From: Cyanobacteria bacterium P01_F01_bin.150 | GTDB lineage: Bacteria; Cyanobacteriota; Cyanobacteriia; CAKZMO01 | NCBI GenBank assembly: GCA_039189765.1 | Contig: JBCCYL010000001.1 | Location: 1 to 64,000 of the forward strand | Reading direction: 5' to 3' | DNA: 64,000 nucleotides | Shown: piece by piece, positions 38,317 through 48,508 of the stretch | Numbering within the stretch: the first letter of the stretch is position 1 | Layout: the number at the start of each line of letters is the position of its first letter | Translations under genes and position numbers: made by a program | The notes under the pieces: generated by a model | Told to the model about the DNA's origin: nothing | Database searches by the model: none | Seen by the model: only the letters and a program-made list of their open reading frames with translations

Positions 38317-39792
38317 TTAACCATTTAAAACACCTCCAATTTTTAATTCTGCAAAGCTGTCTTTAAAGGCTTGTAAGATAGCATCAATATCCTCCGAACT
38401 ATGGGCCGTGGAGATAAAGCCGCCTTTGTCTCCCTGACGCAGGTGAATGCCTTTGATTAGGAGATGGTAGGACAATAGGGTTAAAGCCATGGGTGATACT
38501 GCTGTTTTGGAACCATCCACGGAGAAGAAAGAGCCAAATTGAACAAACTGTACGGGTATTTCTGCGGCTTGCAGATAGGTATTGAGCTGGGTTACCAAGT
38601 TGCCCGTCTTCTGGTTTAAATCCTCCTGGAGACTAGGGCCAGCCTCTTTCAAATGGGTTAAGACCGCACGGGCAGCGGCAAGGGAGAGGGGATGCTTACA
38701 AAAGGTGCCCGCAAAGAAGGTGGTTTTGACCGTAGGCGCTGAATCGTCGCCAAAGGACCACTGGCCACCATCGATACGATCCATGTACCGGGACTTTCCT
38801 GCAATCACCGATAGGGGTAAACCACCACCCACAATTTTGCTGTAGGTGACTAAGTCCGCCTCCACATCAAACCAGGCTTGCGAACCACCCGGATGAATCC
38901 GAAAGCCTGTGACCATTTCGTCAAAAATGAGCACCGTGTCTGTGGCCTGGGTAATTTGCTGTAGTTCTTGAAGAAATTCCCTGGGCTGGATTTCAGGACA
39001 GCGGCTCTGCACCGGCTCCACCAGCACTGCCGCCAGATCACCGCCCTCGTTTCGCAGAATCTCCAGCGATCGCGGATTCCCATAGTCCAACACAATAACG
39101 TTAGCCGCCGCTTCAGCCGGAATGCCGGGGGCAGCAGGAACGGCTTTGGGATTGATATTGCTGCTGAGCAGGGATTGAATCGGGCTAAGCAGGGTTCTTA
39201 AAAAACTATCGGGGCGAGTCTTTTTGTTGATCACCCGCAGCGCTGCCTTTTTGGCGTACTCGCTGATGGGAGCGCGCACTAGGGTATTATCGGAATGACC
39301 GTGGTAAGAGTTGGTAAATACCGCAATTTTGGAACAGCCAGTAGCGGCCCGAGCAATGCGGATGGCAGTCATAATCGCTTCAGTGCCCGTATTGCTAAAG
39401 GTGACTCGTTCGGCTCCGGTGACCTCATGCACAAGCTGGGCCACTTCTCCTGCCAGTTCGGCCTGCGCCCCTAGCTGGATGCCCTTTTCTAACTGGGTGG
39501 CGATCGCCTCTTTTACAAAGCCTGGATTATGCCCAAATAAATTGGTGCCCAACCCCATCAAAATATCGATATATTCATTGCCATCCACATCCCACATGCG
39601 CGACCCAGCCGACCGTTCCGCCACGATAGGATAGCAAATTTCCTTTAGCTCTGGTGAGAACCCTAGCCCCAATGAGGTTTTATCCGCCATCACCCCACGG
39701 GCATTTTGGGCAGACTGTTTGGAGCCTGGGGTTTTCTGGATATAACGCTGAATTAGGGTTTCGAGATGGGGAGGAGAGGCGGTGGTGGTCAT
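38317..39792 (-). CDS. Class III PLP-dependent aminotransferase (NRPS/PKS-associated, GSA-aminomutase-like)
   Basis: GSRMWDVDGNEYID, NTGTEA, YHGH, LIFDEMVTGFR, SKIVGGGLP, FAGTF. Confidence 0.9.
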   Translation of the reverse strand: MTTTASPPHLETLIQRYIQKTPGSKQSAQNARGVMADKTSLGLGFSPELKEICYPIVAERSAGSRMWDVDGNEYIDILMGLGTNLFGHNPGFVKEAIATQLEKGIQLGAQAELAGEVAQLVHEVTGAERVTFSNTGTEAIMTAIRIARAATGCSKIAVFTNSYHGHSDNTLVRAPISEYAKKAALRVINKKTRPDSFLRTLLSPIQSLLSSNINPKAVPAAPGIPAEAAANVIVLDYGNPRSLEILRNEGGDLAAVLVEPVQSRCPEIQPREFLQELQQITQATDTVLIFDEMVTGFRIHPGGSQAWFDVEADLVTYSKIVGGGLPLSVIAGKSRYMDRIDGGQWSFGDDSAPTVKTTFFAGTFCKHPLSLAAARAVLTHLKEAGPSLQEDLNQKTGNLVTQLNTYLQAAEIPVQFVQFGSFFSVDGSKTAVSPMALTLLSYHLLIKGIHLRQGDKGGFISTAHSSEDIDAILQAFKDSFAELKIGGVLNG

Positions 39793-39900
39793 TTTAGGTT
39801 AGGGAGTTAGAGGGTTGGGAGGTTAGGGCGTTAGGGCGTTAAGAATATTGTGTAGGGTGCATTAGCGATAGCGTAATGCACCGTTTGATTTGCTCATGGG

Positions 39901-40797
39901 TTAGCTGGATTTTTGACAAATAAAGTGGGCGGAGTGATTGCTGTCTACTCGGGGGGAGCCATCGACAGTACAGAGTTTGATATTGGTAAAACCTGTGTCT
40001 TGGAGGGCGGTGATGATTTCTTGGGTGGTGTAACCTTTAACGGGGTAGGTCATTTGCGATCGCGTCCATTGTTTTTCCCATTTATGAAATTTAGCCAGCA
40101 GCTTGAGTCGAAATCGGGTTAAGCGTCTTACTTTGAGGATTGAATAGATAATGCGTCGCATAAAAGAGGGGAGAGATGACGCTTCTTTTTCGGCAACTGG
40201 CTTAATGGCAGGGGATTGAAATAACGTCACTTTAAAGTGGCCTTCCATGCGTTCAGTATTATAGGTTGGCACTAAAAACCAGGCATACTTGGACTCAATT
40301 TCTCCTTCAACAATTTTGCCTTGCCACCATTTCTCCATTTGGTCGGCATGGTTCACGTCAAAAGTAAACCTGCCGCCATCCTTAAGGGCGTTGTAAACGC
40401 ATCGAAAGACCTGCCTTAAATCGTCCAAGTCCATCATATGGTTAAGGGATGCGCTCGTGGAAATCACGGCATCAAACTGGGTATTGGTGGTTAATGAACG
40501 GGTAAATGAGCGAGCATCAGCCTGAATAATTTCGGCTGAGCGGGCGTTTCTGGAGGCATAGTCCAGCATTGATTGAGAGCCATCAATGCCTGTAACTCGA
40601 TAGCCATGCTGAATTAGCACATTCATGACGTGACCAGTGCCGCAGCAGAGGTCTAGGATTTCTGCATTGTCTGGCAGTTGGTTTAAGAGGATGGTTTGAA
40701 GCGATCGCATCTGATTTTGGGCATAGTCTGGTCCCATCGTCTGGTTATACAGCCATGCCCAAGTGTCATATTCAGCGTGTGTGTTGGTTACCGTCAT
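39901..40797 (-). CDS. Class I SAM-dependent methyltransferase (possible N-methyltransferase)
   Basis: ILDLCCGTG, GIDGSQSML, SLNH, LKDGGRFTFD. Confidence 0.9.
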   Translation of the reverse strand: MTVTNTHAEYDTWAWLYNQTMGPDYAQNQMRSLQTILLNQLPDNAEILDLCCGTGHVMNVLIQHGYRVTGIDGSQSMLDYASRNARSAEIIQADARSFTRSLTTNTQFDAVISTSASLNHMMDLDDLRQVFRCVYNALKDGGRFTFDVNHADQMEKWWQGKIVEGEIESKYAWFLVPTYNTERMEGHFKVTLFQSPAIKPVAEKEASSLPSFMRRIIYSILKVRRLTRFRLKLLAKFHKWEKQWTRSQMTYPVKGYTTQEIITALQDTGFTNIKLCTVDGSPRVDSNHSAHFICQKSS

Positions 40798-40918
40798 TTG
40801 TAATATCGTGAATGATTTTTACGTAGGTTGGGTTGAAGAACGTTCGCATGGCGTCTCCAGAGGAGAAAACCCAACCATTCGAGCATTTGGGTGTACATCT
40901 GTGTTGGGTTTCCTATCG

Positions 40919-43900
40919 TCAATCCAAACTACAGGGTGATTGATTGGGCGGTTGAATTTGGTTTGATTTAATTAAATAGGATAGATAGATATCAATTAAT
41001 TCTTCATCGATGGGAGGGCAGGATAGACTACTATTCTTTAATCCTAGAATCGCATTTTGACAATCAAATTCTACGATTGTTGGCTTATCTTTAGAATTGA
41101 AATTAGAAGATGCATTTGTCTGTTCCGTGGGAGTTTGTTCGGTTGGGAATAAAGCAACTAATGGATAGAGATGATGTTCGGGAGATGATTGGGCAATTTT
41201 TAATAGTTTCTTACGCCATTTATCGTAAGGCATTCGCTGAATATCGTAGCCTTTATTTTGAATGCAGCTAAACAAAATCTCTGAAGTAACAGGAGCAGCA
41301 TGCAGTAAGTGAAATACGTTGCACCCCTCCCCAGCCCTCCCCTTGTTTTCAGCTTGCCTCTCCAAAGGATTTAGGGGAAGGAGTTCCGGTCTCCCCTCTT
41401 TTGAAGGGGAGATTAAGGGGGGTGAATTAATCGATAAATAAACTAGCGCTTGGCTCGCGTAGTCAACGGGTAACACATCAAGCATTACCTGACCGTCGGG
41501 AGCGCTGCCAAGCTGGATATAGCCCATCATTAGGCGATAGAGAAAATCATTAGCGTTAAATACGCCTGTCTGACTATGACCTGAGATGGGGCCAAGGCGA
41601 TAGATGCTGACGGGTAGCCCTCGTTCACGGGCGATCGCCATCATCGATTCCGCTACCCATTTTGTTTGGGCATAGCCTTTAGTGGGAATGGCATATTTAG
41701 TTAGGGAATCCTGCTCGTAAATAGTGGGTTCTTCAGCCTGGAGTGGAAATACACTGATGGTGGAAACGAAGTGAACGGGCTTAAGTTTTTCAGTACAGGC
41801 TAAACGCAGTATTTCTTCAGTGCCTAATACGTTGGTCGGTTTTAACAACGAGTAGGGGGAACCATGGTGGACCCAGGCTCCGTTGTGATAGATAACGTCA
41901 ACCTCTTGGGCTAGTTTAGACAATTTATCGTCAGATAATCTAAATTGTGGTTCAGATAAATCACCCGCAATAGGAACAATACGGCTCTTAAAACTATTCG
42001 CCTGAACCGCCTCCCAGAGATAATAGGATGCCAAGCTAGAGCGAATTCTCTCAAAGGCTGCTTCGTTGGTTTTAGCGCGAACCAGACAGTAGATACGAGC
42101 GTTAGTTTGCTTGAGCAGTTCAAATAAAATAAAGCTGCCCATAAATCCATTGGCCCCGGTTAATAAAACAGTTGTGGATGGATTATTTAGATCAATAGAT
42201 CTAGATAAATCACCTCGGCAGTTTTGAGGGTTTATAGACGGATCGAGTTTGACTTCCGAAGATAGATCTAAGGTTTTGGTTTGGGTAAGCTGCCCTTTCT
42301 GGCGCTTAAGGAAGGCAATAATCTCGGGCTTCTGCTCTTTGATTTGAAGCTGTAAATCTTTGGTTAGCACACCTTTAGGCGCATTGCACCGCAGCTTGTA
42401 ATCCTGGCCGTCTTCCTCAATCCATAGTCGAATATCTTTTTTGGCGATGGTGGTCAGAAACGTGGCGATCGCCCGTCTCTGTTCCTGTTCAGGGGTCAGC
42501 TCATCATTGTGAATAGATCTCTGGGAATTGGCCTGGGAATTGGCCTGGGAATTTGTCTCGGCTTCTCCATGCTGCTGCTCTTTTTGCTGCTGGAGAAACG
42601 CGATAATGTCAGGCTTTTGATTTTTAATTTGGAGCTGCAAATCTTTTGTTAATACTCCTTTGGGTGCATTACACCGTAGTTTGGCCTCTTGCTTATCCTC
42701 TTCAACACCGTCTTCTTCTATCCATAGCCGAATATCTTGCTTTGCCAGAGTAGAAAGGAACGCCGCAATTACCCGTTTTTTCTCCTGCTCCGCCTTCGAA
42801 ATATGATGTCCGTTTTGCGGACTGTTCTGCTGGGCATGGGTTGCAAGAGCTGCCGTTTGCGATCGCATATTGCCCTTCTTCTTTTGAGGAACAGCCAAGG
42901 GTAAACCGTTTGCTCCCACTTTAGCCTCCTCTAGCTTTCGGGTCCGCCCCCTACCCATCACCTTTGGAGAGTCAGCCCCCATGTCTAAATGGATTTCCTT
43001 ACAGCCATAAAGTCGCTCGGTATCAATGCCAAGCTGTTTGCAATACTTGACAAATTTATTGGATTCAATGATTGGAGGAGAGTCATCCGTATAAACAATT
43101 GAGGTGATAAAGTTTAGCCACGGTTCCTGTCCCATCGCATAAACATATACATGTTGGGGATGTAGCTGATCTACAAGTTCAGTTGCTCGTTCGGCATTAG
43201 ATCCGTCTAACCGTCTAGTCGCAGCAACTCGGCGACTAATGGTTTGCCCCAGAAGCGAATCATAGGCCCAAGTAAACGGTGCCCCTTCACATTCCATACC
43301 GATAAAGAGTACATCTAAGTCGCCAAAAATATCGTGTAGGTTATCATACAGCGCTGGGTCAATATTATTTGAATCAGCAGCACAGATAATGGAGCGATCG
43401 CCAATTCGTATCATATAGGCATTTTTTGCACCAATATTTAAATCACCATGCTCACCAAATACAGGTAAACTAACAATCTCACCCTGGGGAAATGGAACAT
43501 TCTCTAACTCATCAATCTCACGAACATTATCAAAACCAAGAATATTTAAGATGGTTTTTAACGACGGATCAATTAACGACCCTTTGTGACTTTTAGGCAC
43601 AATAATATTCTTGACCTTATGCCGCAATTGCAGCATGGACTCAAACATAATATGGTCCTGATGATTATGGGTAATCATCGCATAGTCAATCGTTTCGGGC
43701 AGATCGCTAAAGCTAAACCGAGGGCAGCTAGAGGACTGGTGATGATAGCTAATAATCGGATCGCACAGGATGCTAACGTGACGAGTTTCAATCAGCACAC
43801 AAGCATGGCCCAAATAGCGAATTCGAATACCGTCACCACTGTAGTTTTCACACTTGGGCTGAGGTTCCGTCGTAAATAGGGTGGACCAAAAGTCAATTTT

Positions 43901-44578
43901 ATCAGGGGGAATAACGTCCTTAAATAGCTCCTGAATTTCGCTGAGCGATCGCCCCTGCTGTCGCATTCTAAACAGATCATTCCAGCGAGGATCGGCAAAC
44001 GGCAGGGCTACCTGCATCGAGTCGTCGGTATCTAAGCGGGGGGTACTAAGTACAAAGGCGCGATCGTCTTCATCTCCGACGTAAAGCACAACTGACTGTG
44101 AATCCGTATGGTAATATTCGCTGCGATACAGCAGTCCCTCCAGCAACCGAAAAGAGGGTCGGTGGTAGCGATCGTATACCAGCTCCACATATCCCTTAAG
44201 GGGACCAGGGATGTCTTTATAAAATGGCTCTAGGGACTCGCCTCTAAAGTCCTCCAGCATCGCATCCAACTGCTGAATCGCCTGATAGAGTTCCAGCAGC
44301 TTCGACTCTCTGGCCACGGTAAGGTCATACAGGGCCTTAATGTCATCCACCTTGGAGACATCGTAATCAATAAACGGTCCCCCTCGCATTTCCGGATCTT
44401 GGAGCGCCGTTACGTGAACTTGGGGTGCCCGAATAAAGGACTCCATCACCTTGAGGTGGGACTCAGTGATGTAACAGGCCGCAGTGGCAGGGGGGATCAG
44501 GTAAGACCATGCATACCACTGGTTAATCAGCGGCTCGGCGATCGCGTTCGGTTTGAGATAAACAATGGGATCGGACAT
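40919..44578 (-). CDS. Fusion: CmlA-like diiron beta-hydroxylase (MBL fold) + two beta-hairpin docking domains + thioester reductase (R)
   Basis: N-terminal EPLINQWYAWSYLIPP...GGPF (CmlA_N-like); GHACVLIE...THNHQDH...GEHGDL; two LRCNAPKGVLT repeats; VLLTGANGFMGS...GYAQTKW...YRLG (extended SDR/R domain). No carrier GGxS motif seen. Confidence 0.8.
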   Translation of the reverse strand: MSDPIVYLKPNAIAEPLINQWYAWSYLIPPATAACYITESHLKVMESFIRAPQVHVTALQDPEMRGGPFIDYDVSKVDDIKALYDLTVARESKLLELYQAIQQLDAMLEDFRGESLEPFYKDIPGPLKGYVELVYDRYHRPSFRLLEGLLYRSEYYHTDSQSVVLYVGDEDDRAFVLSTPRLDTDDSMQVALPFADPRWNDLFRMRQQGRSLSEIQELFKDVIPPDKIDFWSTLFTTEPQPKCENYSGDGIRIRYLGHACVLIETRHVSILCDPIISYHHQSSSCPRFSFSDLPETIDYAMITHNHQDHIMFESMLQLRHKVKNIIVPKSHKGSLIDPSLKTILNILGFDNVREIDELENVPFPQGEIVSLPVFGEHGDLNIGAKNAYMIRIGDRSIICAADSNNIDPALYDNLHDIFGDLDVLFIGMECEGAPFTWAYDSLLGQTISRRVAATRRLDGSNAERATELVDQLHPQHVYVYAMGQEPWLNFITSIVYTDDSPPIIESNKFVKYCKQLGIDTERLYGCKEIHLDMGADSPKVMGRGRTRKLEEAKVGANGLPLAVPQKKKGNMRSQTAALATHAQQNSPQNGHHISKAEQEKKRVIAAFLSTLAKQDIRLWIEEDGVEEDKQEAKLRCNAPKGVLTKDLQLQIKNQKPDIIAFLQQQKEQQHGEAETNSQANSQANSQRSIHNDELTPEQEQRRAIATFLTTIAKKDIRLWIEEDGQDYKLRCNAPKGVLTKDLQLQIKEQKPEIIAFLKRQKGQLTQTKTLDLSSEVKLDPSINPQNCRGDLSRSIDLNNPSTTVLLTGANGFMGSFILFELLKQTNARIYCLVRAKTNEAAFERIRSSLASYYLWEAVQANSFKSRIVPIAGDLSEPQFRLSDDKLSKLAQEVDVIYHNGAWVHHGSPYSLLKPTNVLGTEEILRLACTEKLKPVHFVSTISVFPLQAEEPTIYEQDSLTKYAIPTKGYAQTKWVAESMMAIARERGLPVSIYRLGPISGHSQTGVFNANDFLYRLMMGYIQLGSAPDGQVMLDVLPVDYASQALVYLSINSPPLISPSKEGRPELLPLNPLERQAENKGRAGEGCNVFHLLHAAPVTSEILFSCIQNKGYDIQRMPYDKWRKKLLKIAQSSPEHHLYPLVALFPTEQTPTEQTNASSNFNSKDKPTIVEFDCQNAILGLKNSSLSCPPIDEELIDIYLSYLIKSNQIQPPNQSPCSLD

Positions 44579-44580
44579 GG

Positions 44581-44836
44581 AGGATTTTGGATTTTGGATT
44601 TTGGATTGGGCGTTAGGGAGTTAGGGCGTTGGGGAGTTAGGGCGTTGGGGCGTTAGGGCGTTGGGGAGTTGGAGCCATTTTAGATTTTGGATTTTGGACA
44701 GAGAGTTGGGGCGGTTCGGTCCCCCTCTTGGGAGGGGTTAGGGGTGGGTTGACTTTAGTGGGAGAGTTAGGGAGTTAGGAAGTTAGGGAGTTAGGAGATT
44801 TTAAATTCTGCCTTCTGCCTTCTGCCTTCTGCCTTT
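44581..44836. repeat. Intergenic composite repeat: (TTTTGGA)n, (GGGCGTT/GGGAGTT)n, palindromic core, (GCCTTCT)n
   Basis: All four building blocks are directly visible, and the same blocks recur inside NRPS coding sequences. Confidence 0.9.
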
Positions 44837-47800
44837 TTAAAACTCCATTTCTTCGCGATCGTCGTCGTCCAATTCGTCGGGAAGGGCGGCTTGGAGCTGT
44901 TGGATAGTTTGATGCTGTTCGATTCGTTCGGCAAGGCCGATGACGGTGGGGGCTTCAAATAGATCGGCGACGGTCAGTTCAATGCCAAAACGATCGAGGG
45001 ATTGGGCAACCAGTTGGGTGGCTAGCAGTGAGTGACCGCCTAACTCGAAGAAGTCGTCCTGAATACCAATGGGTTCGACCTCAAGCAGGGTTGAGAAAAT
45101 TTCAGCTAAAACCTTTTCGGTATCGCTGCGGGGAGCCAGAATCGTGTCGGCAGACTGATTGCTGCTGCGATCGGGTACAGGAAGTGCCTCTGTATCCACC
45201 TTGCCGTTGGGAGTCAACGGCAGTTGATCCAGCACCACCACATCCGACGGCACCATATATTCCGGTAGCTTAGTTTTAAGCAAGCGCCGCAGATCCTTTC
45301 CATCCTGGACTTGAGCACCATCAGATTCAAGCACAACATAAGCTGCCAGCCGCTTATCGCCAGGATTATCCTCCCGCACAATCACTACGCAAGCCTGCAC
45401 CGTTTCCTGATCTGCCAGCACTGCTTCAATTTCCCCTGGCTCAATTCGGAAGCCCCGGATTTTCACCTGCTGGTCAATCCTACCCAATAGCTTAATGCGA
45501 CCATCGGGTAGGTAGGCAGCGAGATCTCCGGTTTTATATAGAGCCAGGGAATTTTGGATTTTAGATTTTGGATTTTGGACGGATCGGTCCCCCTCCTCGG
45601 AGGGACTAGGGGTGGGTTCTGCCTTCTGCCTTCTGCCTTCTGCCTTTTCAACAAACGGATTCGGCACAAAAACATCTGCGGTTTTATCCGGTCGGTTAAA
45701 GTAGCCACGGGCGAGACCGACACCGCCGATATGGAGTTCACCGAGAACGCCAATGGGGACGGGTTGGAGGCTAGCGTCCAATACGTATAGCTGTTTGTTG
45801 GCGCTGGGAGCAATGGTGGGTGAAATTGGATGGCCGTTGCCGCATTGAACCATGCTGGCATTGACAGTAACTTCGGTGGGACCGTAGGCGTTGATAAATC
45901 GACGGTTTTCGGACCACTGTTCGATTAGGTCGGGGGAAGGTGCTTCGCCGCCCACTAGCACCATTTTTAAGTCAGGTAGTTCGGTTACAGGCAGAACCGC
46001 AAGAGCGGAGGGTGTGATAGTAATGTGGGTAACCTGATGACGACGCAGCAGGGCCAATAGTTCCGGCCCGGGGATAAGAGAACCACGAGGAGCTAGGCAG
46101 AGCTTGGCCCCACAGCCCAAAGACATCACTAGCTCAGGGATAGATGCATCAAAGCTTAGGGAGAAAAATTGAAGGACGCAGCTATCAGGGTGGACGTCAC
46201 AGGCGCGGATCTTGTGTTCCGTTAGATTTACTAAGCCAGCATGGGGTACCAGGACGCCCTTTGGAGTCCCTGTAGAGCCGGAAGTGTAGATTTGATAGGC
46301 CAGATTAGCAGGGGTAACGCTGCTGGTTGGATTGGTGTCGGAGTGAGCGGCGATCGCATCCGCATCCGCAGTCAAGTTAACAATTTTGGGGAGTTGGGGA
46401 GTTGGGGAGTTGGGGAGTTGAGGAGTTGAGGAGGTTCGGTCCCCCTCTTGGGAGGGGTTAGGGGTGGGTTGGCCTTCTGCCTTCTGCCTTCTGCCTTCTG
46501 CCTTTAAATCCGGTGAATCGCTTGTAACCAGAAGAATCTCTGCTTGAGAGTCTTCCATCATAAACTCAAGTCTAGGAGCTGGGTAGGCAGGATCCAAGGG
46601 AACATAGGCCCCACCAGCCTTCAGCACCGCCATCACTGCAATCATCATCTCAAAGGAGCGATCGATACATATGGCAACCTTTACCTCTGGTCCTACACCT
46701 AGGGACTGGAGGTGGTGGGCAAGCTGATTGCTGTGGCGATTGAACTGATCGTAGGTAAGAGAGTCGTCTTGGTAGAGGAGAGCGATCGCCTCTGGTGTCT
46801 CTTTAACCCGCTCCTCAAATACCTGATGGAAGCATTGATCGGCAGCATAGCCTATTTGAGTTTGGTTCCAGTCTTCAAGCACCTGCTGGCGTTCAGTCGG
46901 AGTCAGCAAAGGCAATAGGCCGACGGGAATATCGGGCTGCTCCACAATACTTTCTAGCAAAATACAAAAATGACTGACCATTCGCTGGATGGTGTCAGGA
47001 TTGAATAGATCCTGATTGTATTCAAAACCGCCGACGATTCCATTAGGCGTATCGTAAAGGTCCACGCTTAAATCTAGCTTGGCAGTTGAGGTGGCCTGCT
47101 TCAACACTTCCAAAGTCAGGTCAGGCACCTCAAATTTTTCTGCGGGGGGCTGCTCCAGACGGAACTTGACTTGGAACAGCGGATTGTAGCTTAAATCCCG
47201 CTCTGGGTGGAGGGCTTCTACTAACTTTTCAAAAGGTAGATCTTGATGGTCGTAGGCATCCCAGGTGGTTTGCCGGACTTGAGACAGCACCTCTTTAAAA
47301 GAAGGATTGCCAGATAGGTCAGTGCGTAGCACCAGAGTATTAACGAAAAAGCCGATTAGACCCTCAAATTCCTTGCGGTTACGATTGGCGATAGGAGAGC
47401 CAACCACAATATCAGACTGCCCTGTGTAGCGATGGAGCAGAATATTAAAGGCCGCCAGCAGTGCCATAAACAGGGTTGCACCAGAGGCAGTGGCAAATGA
47501 TTTGAGGCGATCGCTTACTTCACTACCCAGCTCAAAAGTCTCCACCCCAGCTTTAAATCCTTGGATCCGCGATCGCCCCCGATCTGTCGGTAGTTGCAAT
47601 ACGGGCAGGTCGGGCTTGCCGCCGCCATCGGTACCGCCGAGCTGCTGTTTCCAATAGTCTAGCTGCTCGTCGAGGACATCACCTTGGAGCCACTGGCGCT
47701 GCCACACCGACACATCGGCATACTGCACGGGCAGGTCTGGTAAATTGGCAGGCTGGCCGGACTGATGGCCCCGGTACAGAGCCACCAGCTCTCGAATCAA

Positions 47801-48508
47801 CACTTCCATGGACCAGCCATCGGAGACCAAATGATGCATGGTAAACAGCATTACATGGTCTTGCTCATCCAGCTTTAGCAATGTGACCCGTAGTAGAGGC
47901 GCTTCGGCAATATCAAACGGTGTTTGCGCCTCGGTAACTGCTCTGTCACGAATATCTGCTTCCGTGACATCGATAACGGGAATATCAAGGGTCAAATCAG
48001 CGGGCGCGATAACCTGGCTGGGCTGACCATCCACTAACTGAACGCCAGTTCTAAGACTTTCGTGACGACGCAGCAGGTCATTAAAGCTGGCGGTTAGACT
48101 CTCCAAATCAAGAGTGCCTTTAAGCCGTACCGCTGATGGAATATTGTAGGTGGCAGTACCGGGCTGTAGCTGCTCCAGGAACCAGAGTCGCTGCTGAGCA
48201 AAGGAGAGGGGAATAGGCTGACTTCGATCCACTGGCACAATATTAGGTGCCGCCGTAGCAGATGCTGCCTTGGCCGCGCGATGAAGGAAGGCGATAATTT
48301 CCGCTTTGCGATCGCGTAGCGTAACCGTTAGCTCATCAGTTAATACCTCTTCCGGAGCATTACACCGCAGCTTAGCCAAAGATATGGCATCTCCATTACT
48401 GCCGCCATTACTACCGCCATTATCGGCAGAGTCGCCATCACCATACTCTAACCAGAGCTGCACATCTTGCTGGTACAGGTCTGAAAGTAATGCTTCAACC
48501 GTCTTCAT
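44837..48508 (-). CDS. NRPS: docking domain-C-A-T; aromatic (Tyr/DOPA-like) A domain
   Basis: HHLVSDG, YTSGSTGTPKG, GGHSL. Specificity residues read by eye DAPTLGAVNK (aromatic-type). N-terminal LRCNAP docking domain; C-terminal REEMEF. Confidence 0.9.
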   Translation of the reverse strand: MKTVEALLSDLYQQDVQLWLEYGDGDSADNGGSNGGSNGDAISLAKLRCNAPEEVLTDELTVTLRDRKAEIIAFLHRAAKAASATAAPNIVPVDRSQPIPLSFAQQRLWFLEQLQPGTATYNIPSAVRLKGTLDLESLTASFNDLLRRHESLRTGVQLVDGQPSQVIAPADLTLDIPVIDVTEADIRDRAVTEAQTPFDIAEAPLLRVTLLKLDEQDHVMLFTMHHLVSDGWSMEVLIRELVALYRGHQSGQPANLPDLPVQYADVSVWQRQWLQGDVLDEQLDYWKQQLGGTDGGGKPDLPVLQLPTDRGRSRIQGFKAGVETFELGSEVSDRLKSFATASGATLFMALLAAFNILLHRYTGQSDIVVGSPIANRNRKEFEGLIGFFVNTLVLRTDLSGNPSFKEVLSQVRQTTWDAYDHQDLPFEKLVEALHPERDLSYNPLFQVKFRLEQPPAEKFEVPDLTLEVLKQATSTAKLDLSVDLYDTPNGIVGGFEYNQDLFNPDTIQRMVSHFCILLESIVEQPDIPVGLLPLLTPTERQQVLEDWNQTQIGYAADQCFHQVFEERVKETPEAIALLYQDDSLTYDQFNRHSNQLAHHLQSLGVGPEVKVAICIDRSFEMMIAVMAVLKAGGAYVPLDPAYPAPRLEFMMEDSQAEILLVTSDSPDLKAEGRRQKAEGQPTPNPSQEGDRTSSTPQLPNSPTPQLPKIVNLTADADAIAAHSDTNPTSSVTPANLAYQIYTSGSTGTPKGVLVPHAGLVNLTEHKIRACDVHPDSCVLQFFSLSFDASIPELVMSLGCGAKLCLAPRGSLIPGPELLALLRRHQVTHITITPSALAVLPVTELPDLKMVLVGGEAPSPDLIEQWSENRRFINAYGPTEVTVNASMVQCGNGHPISPTIAPSANKQLYVLDASLQPVPIGVLGELHIGGVGLARGYFNRPDKTADVFVPNPFVEKAEGRRQKAEPTPSPSEEGDRSVQNPKSKIQNSLALYKTGDLAAYLPDGRIKLLGRIDQQVKIRGFRIEPGEIEAVLADQETVQACVVIVREDNPGDKRLAAYVVLESDGAQVQDGKDLRRLLKTKLPEYMVPSDVVVLDQLPLTPNGKVDTEALPVPDRSSNQSADTILAPRSDTEKVLAEIFSTLLEVEPIGIQDDFFELGGHSLLATQLVAQSLDRFGIELTVADLFEAPTVIGLAERIEQHQTIQQLQAALPDELDDDDREEMEF

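Noticed and set aside
42300..42790. Duplicated segment as a DGR template/variable repeat pair
   Set aside because: Both copies are in frame in one protein, differences are not adenine-specific, and no reverse transcriptase is present.
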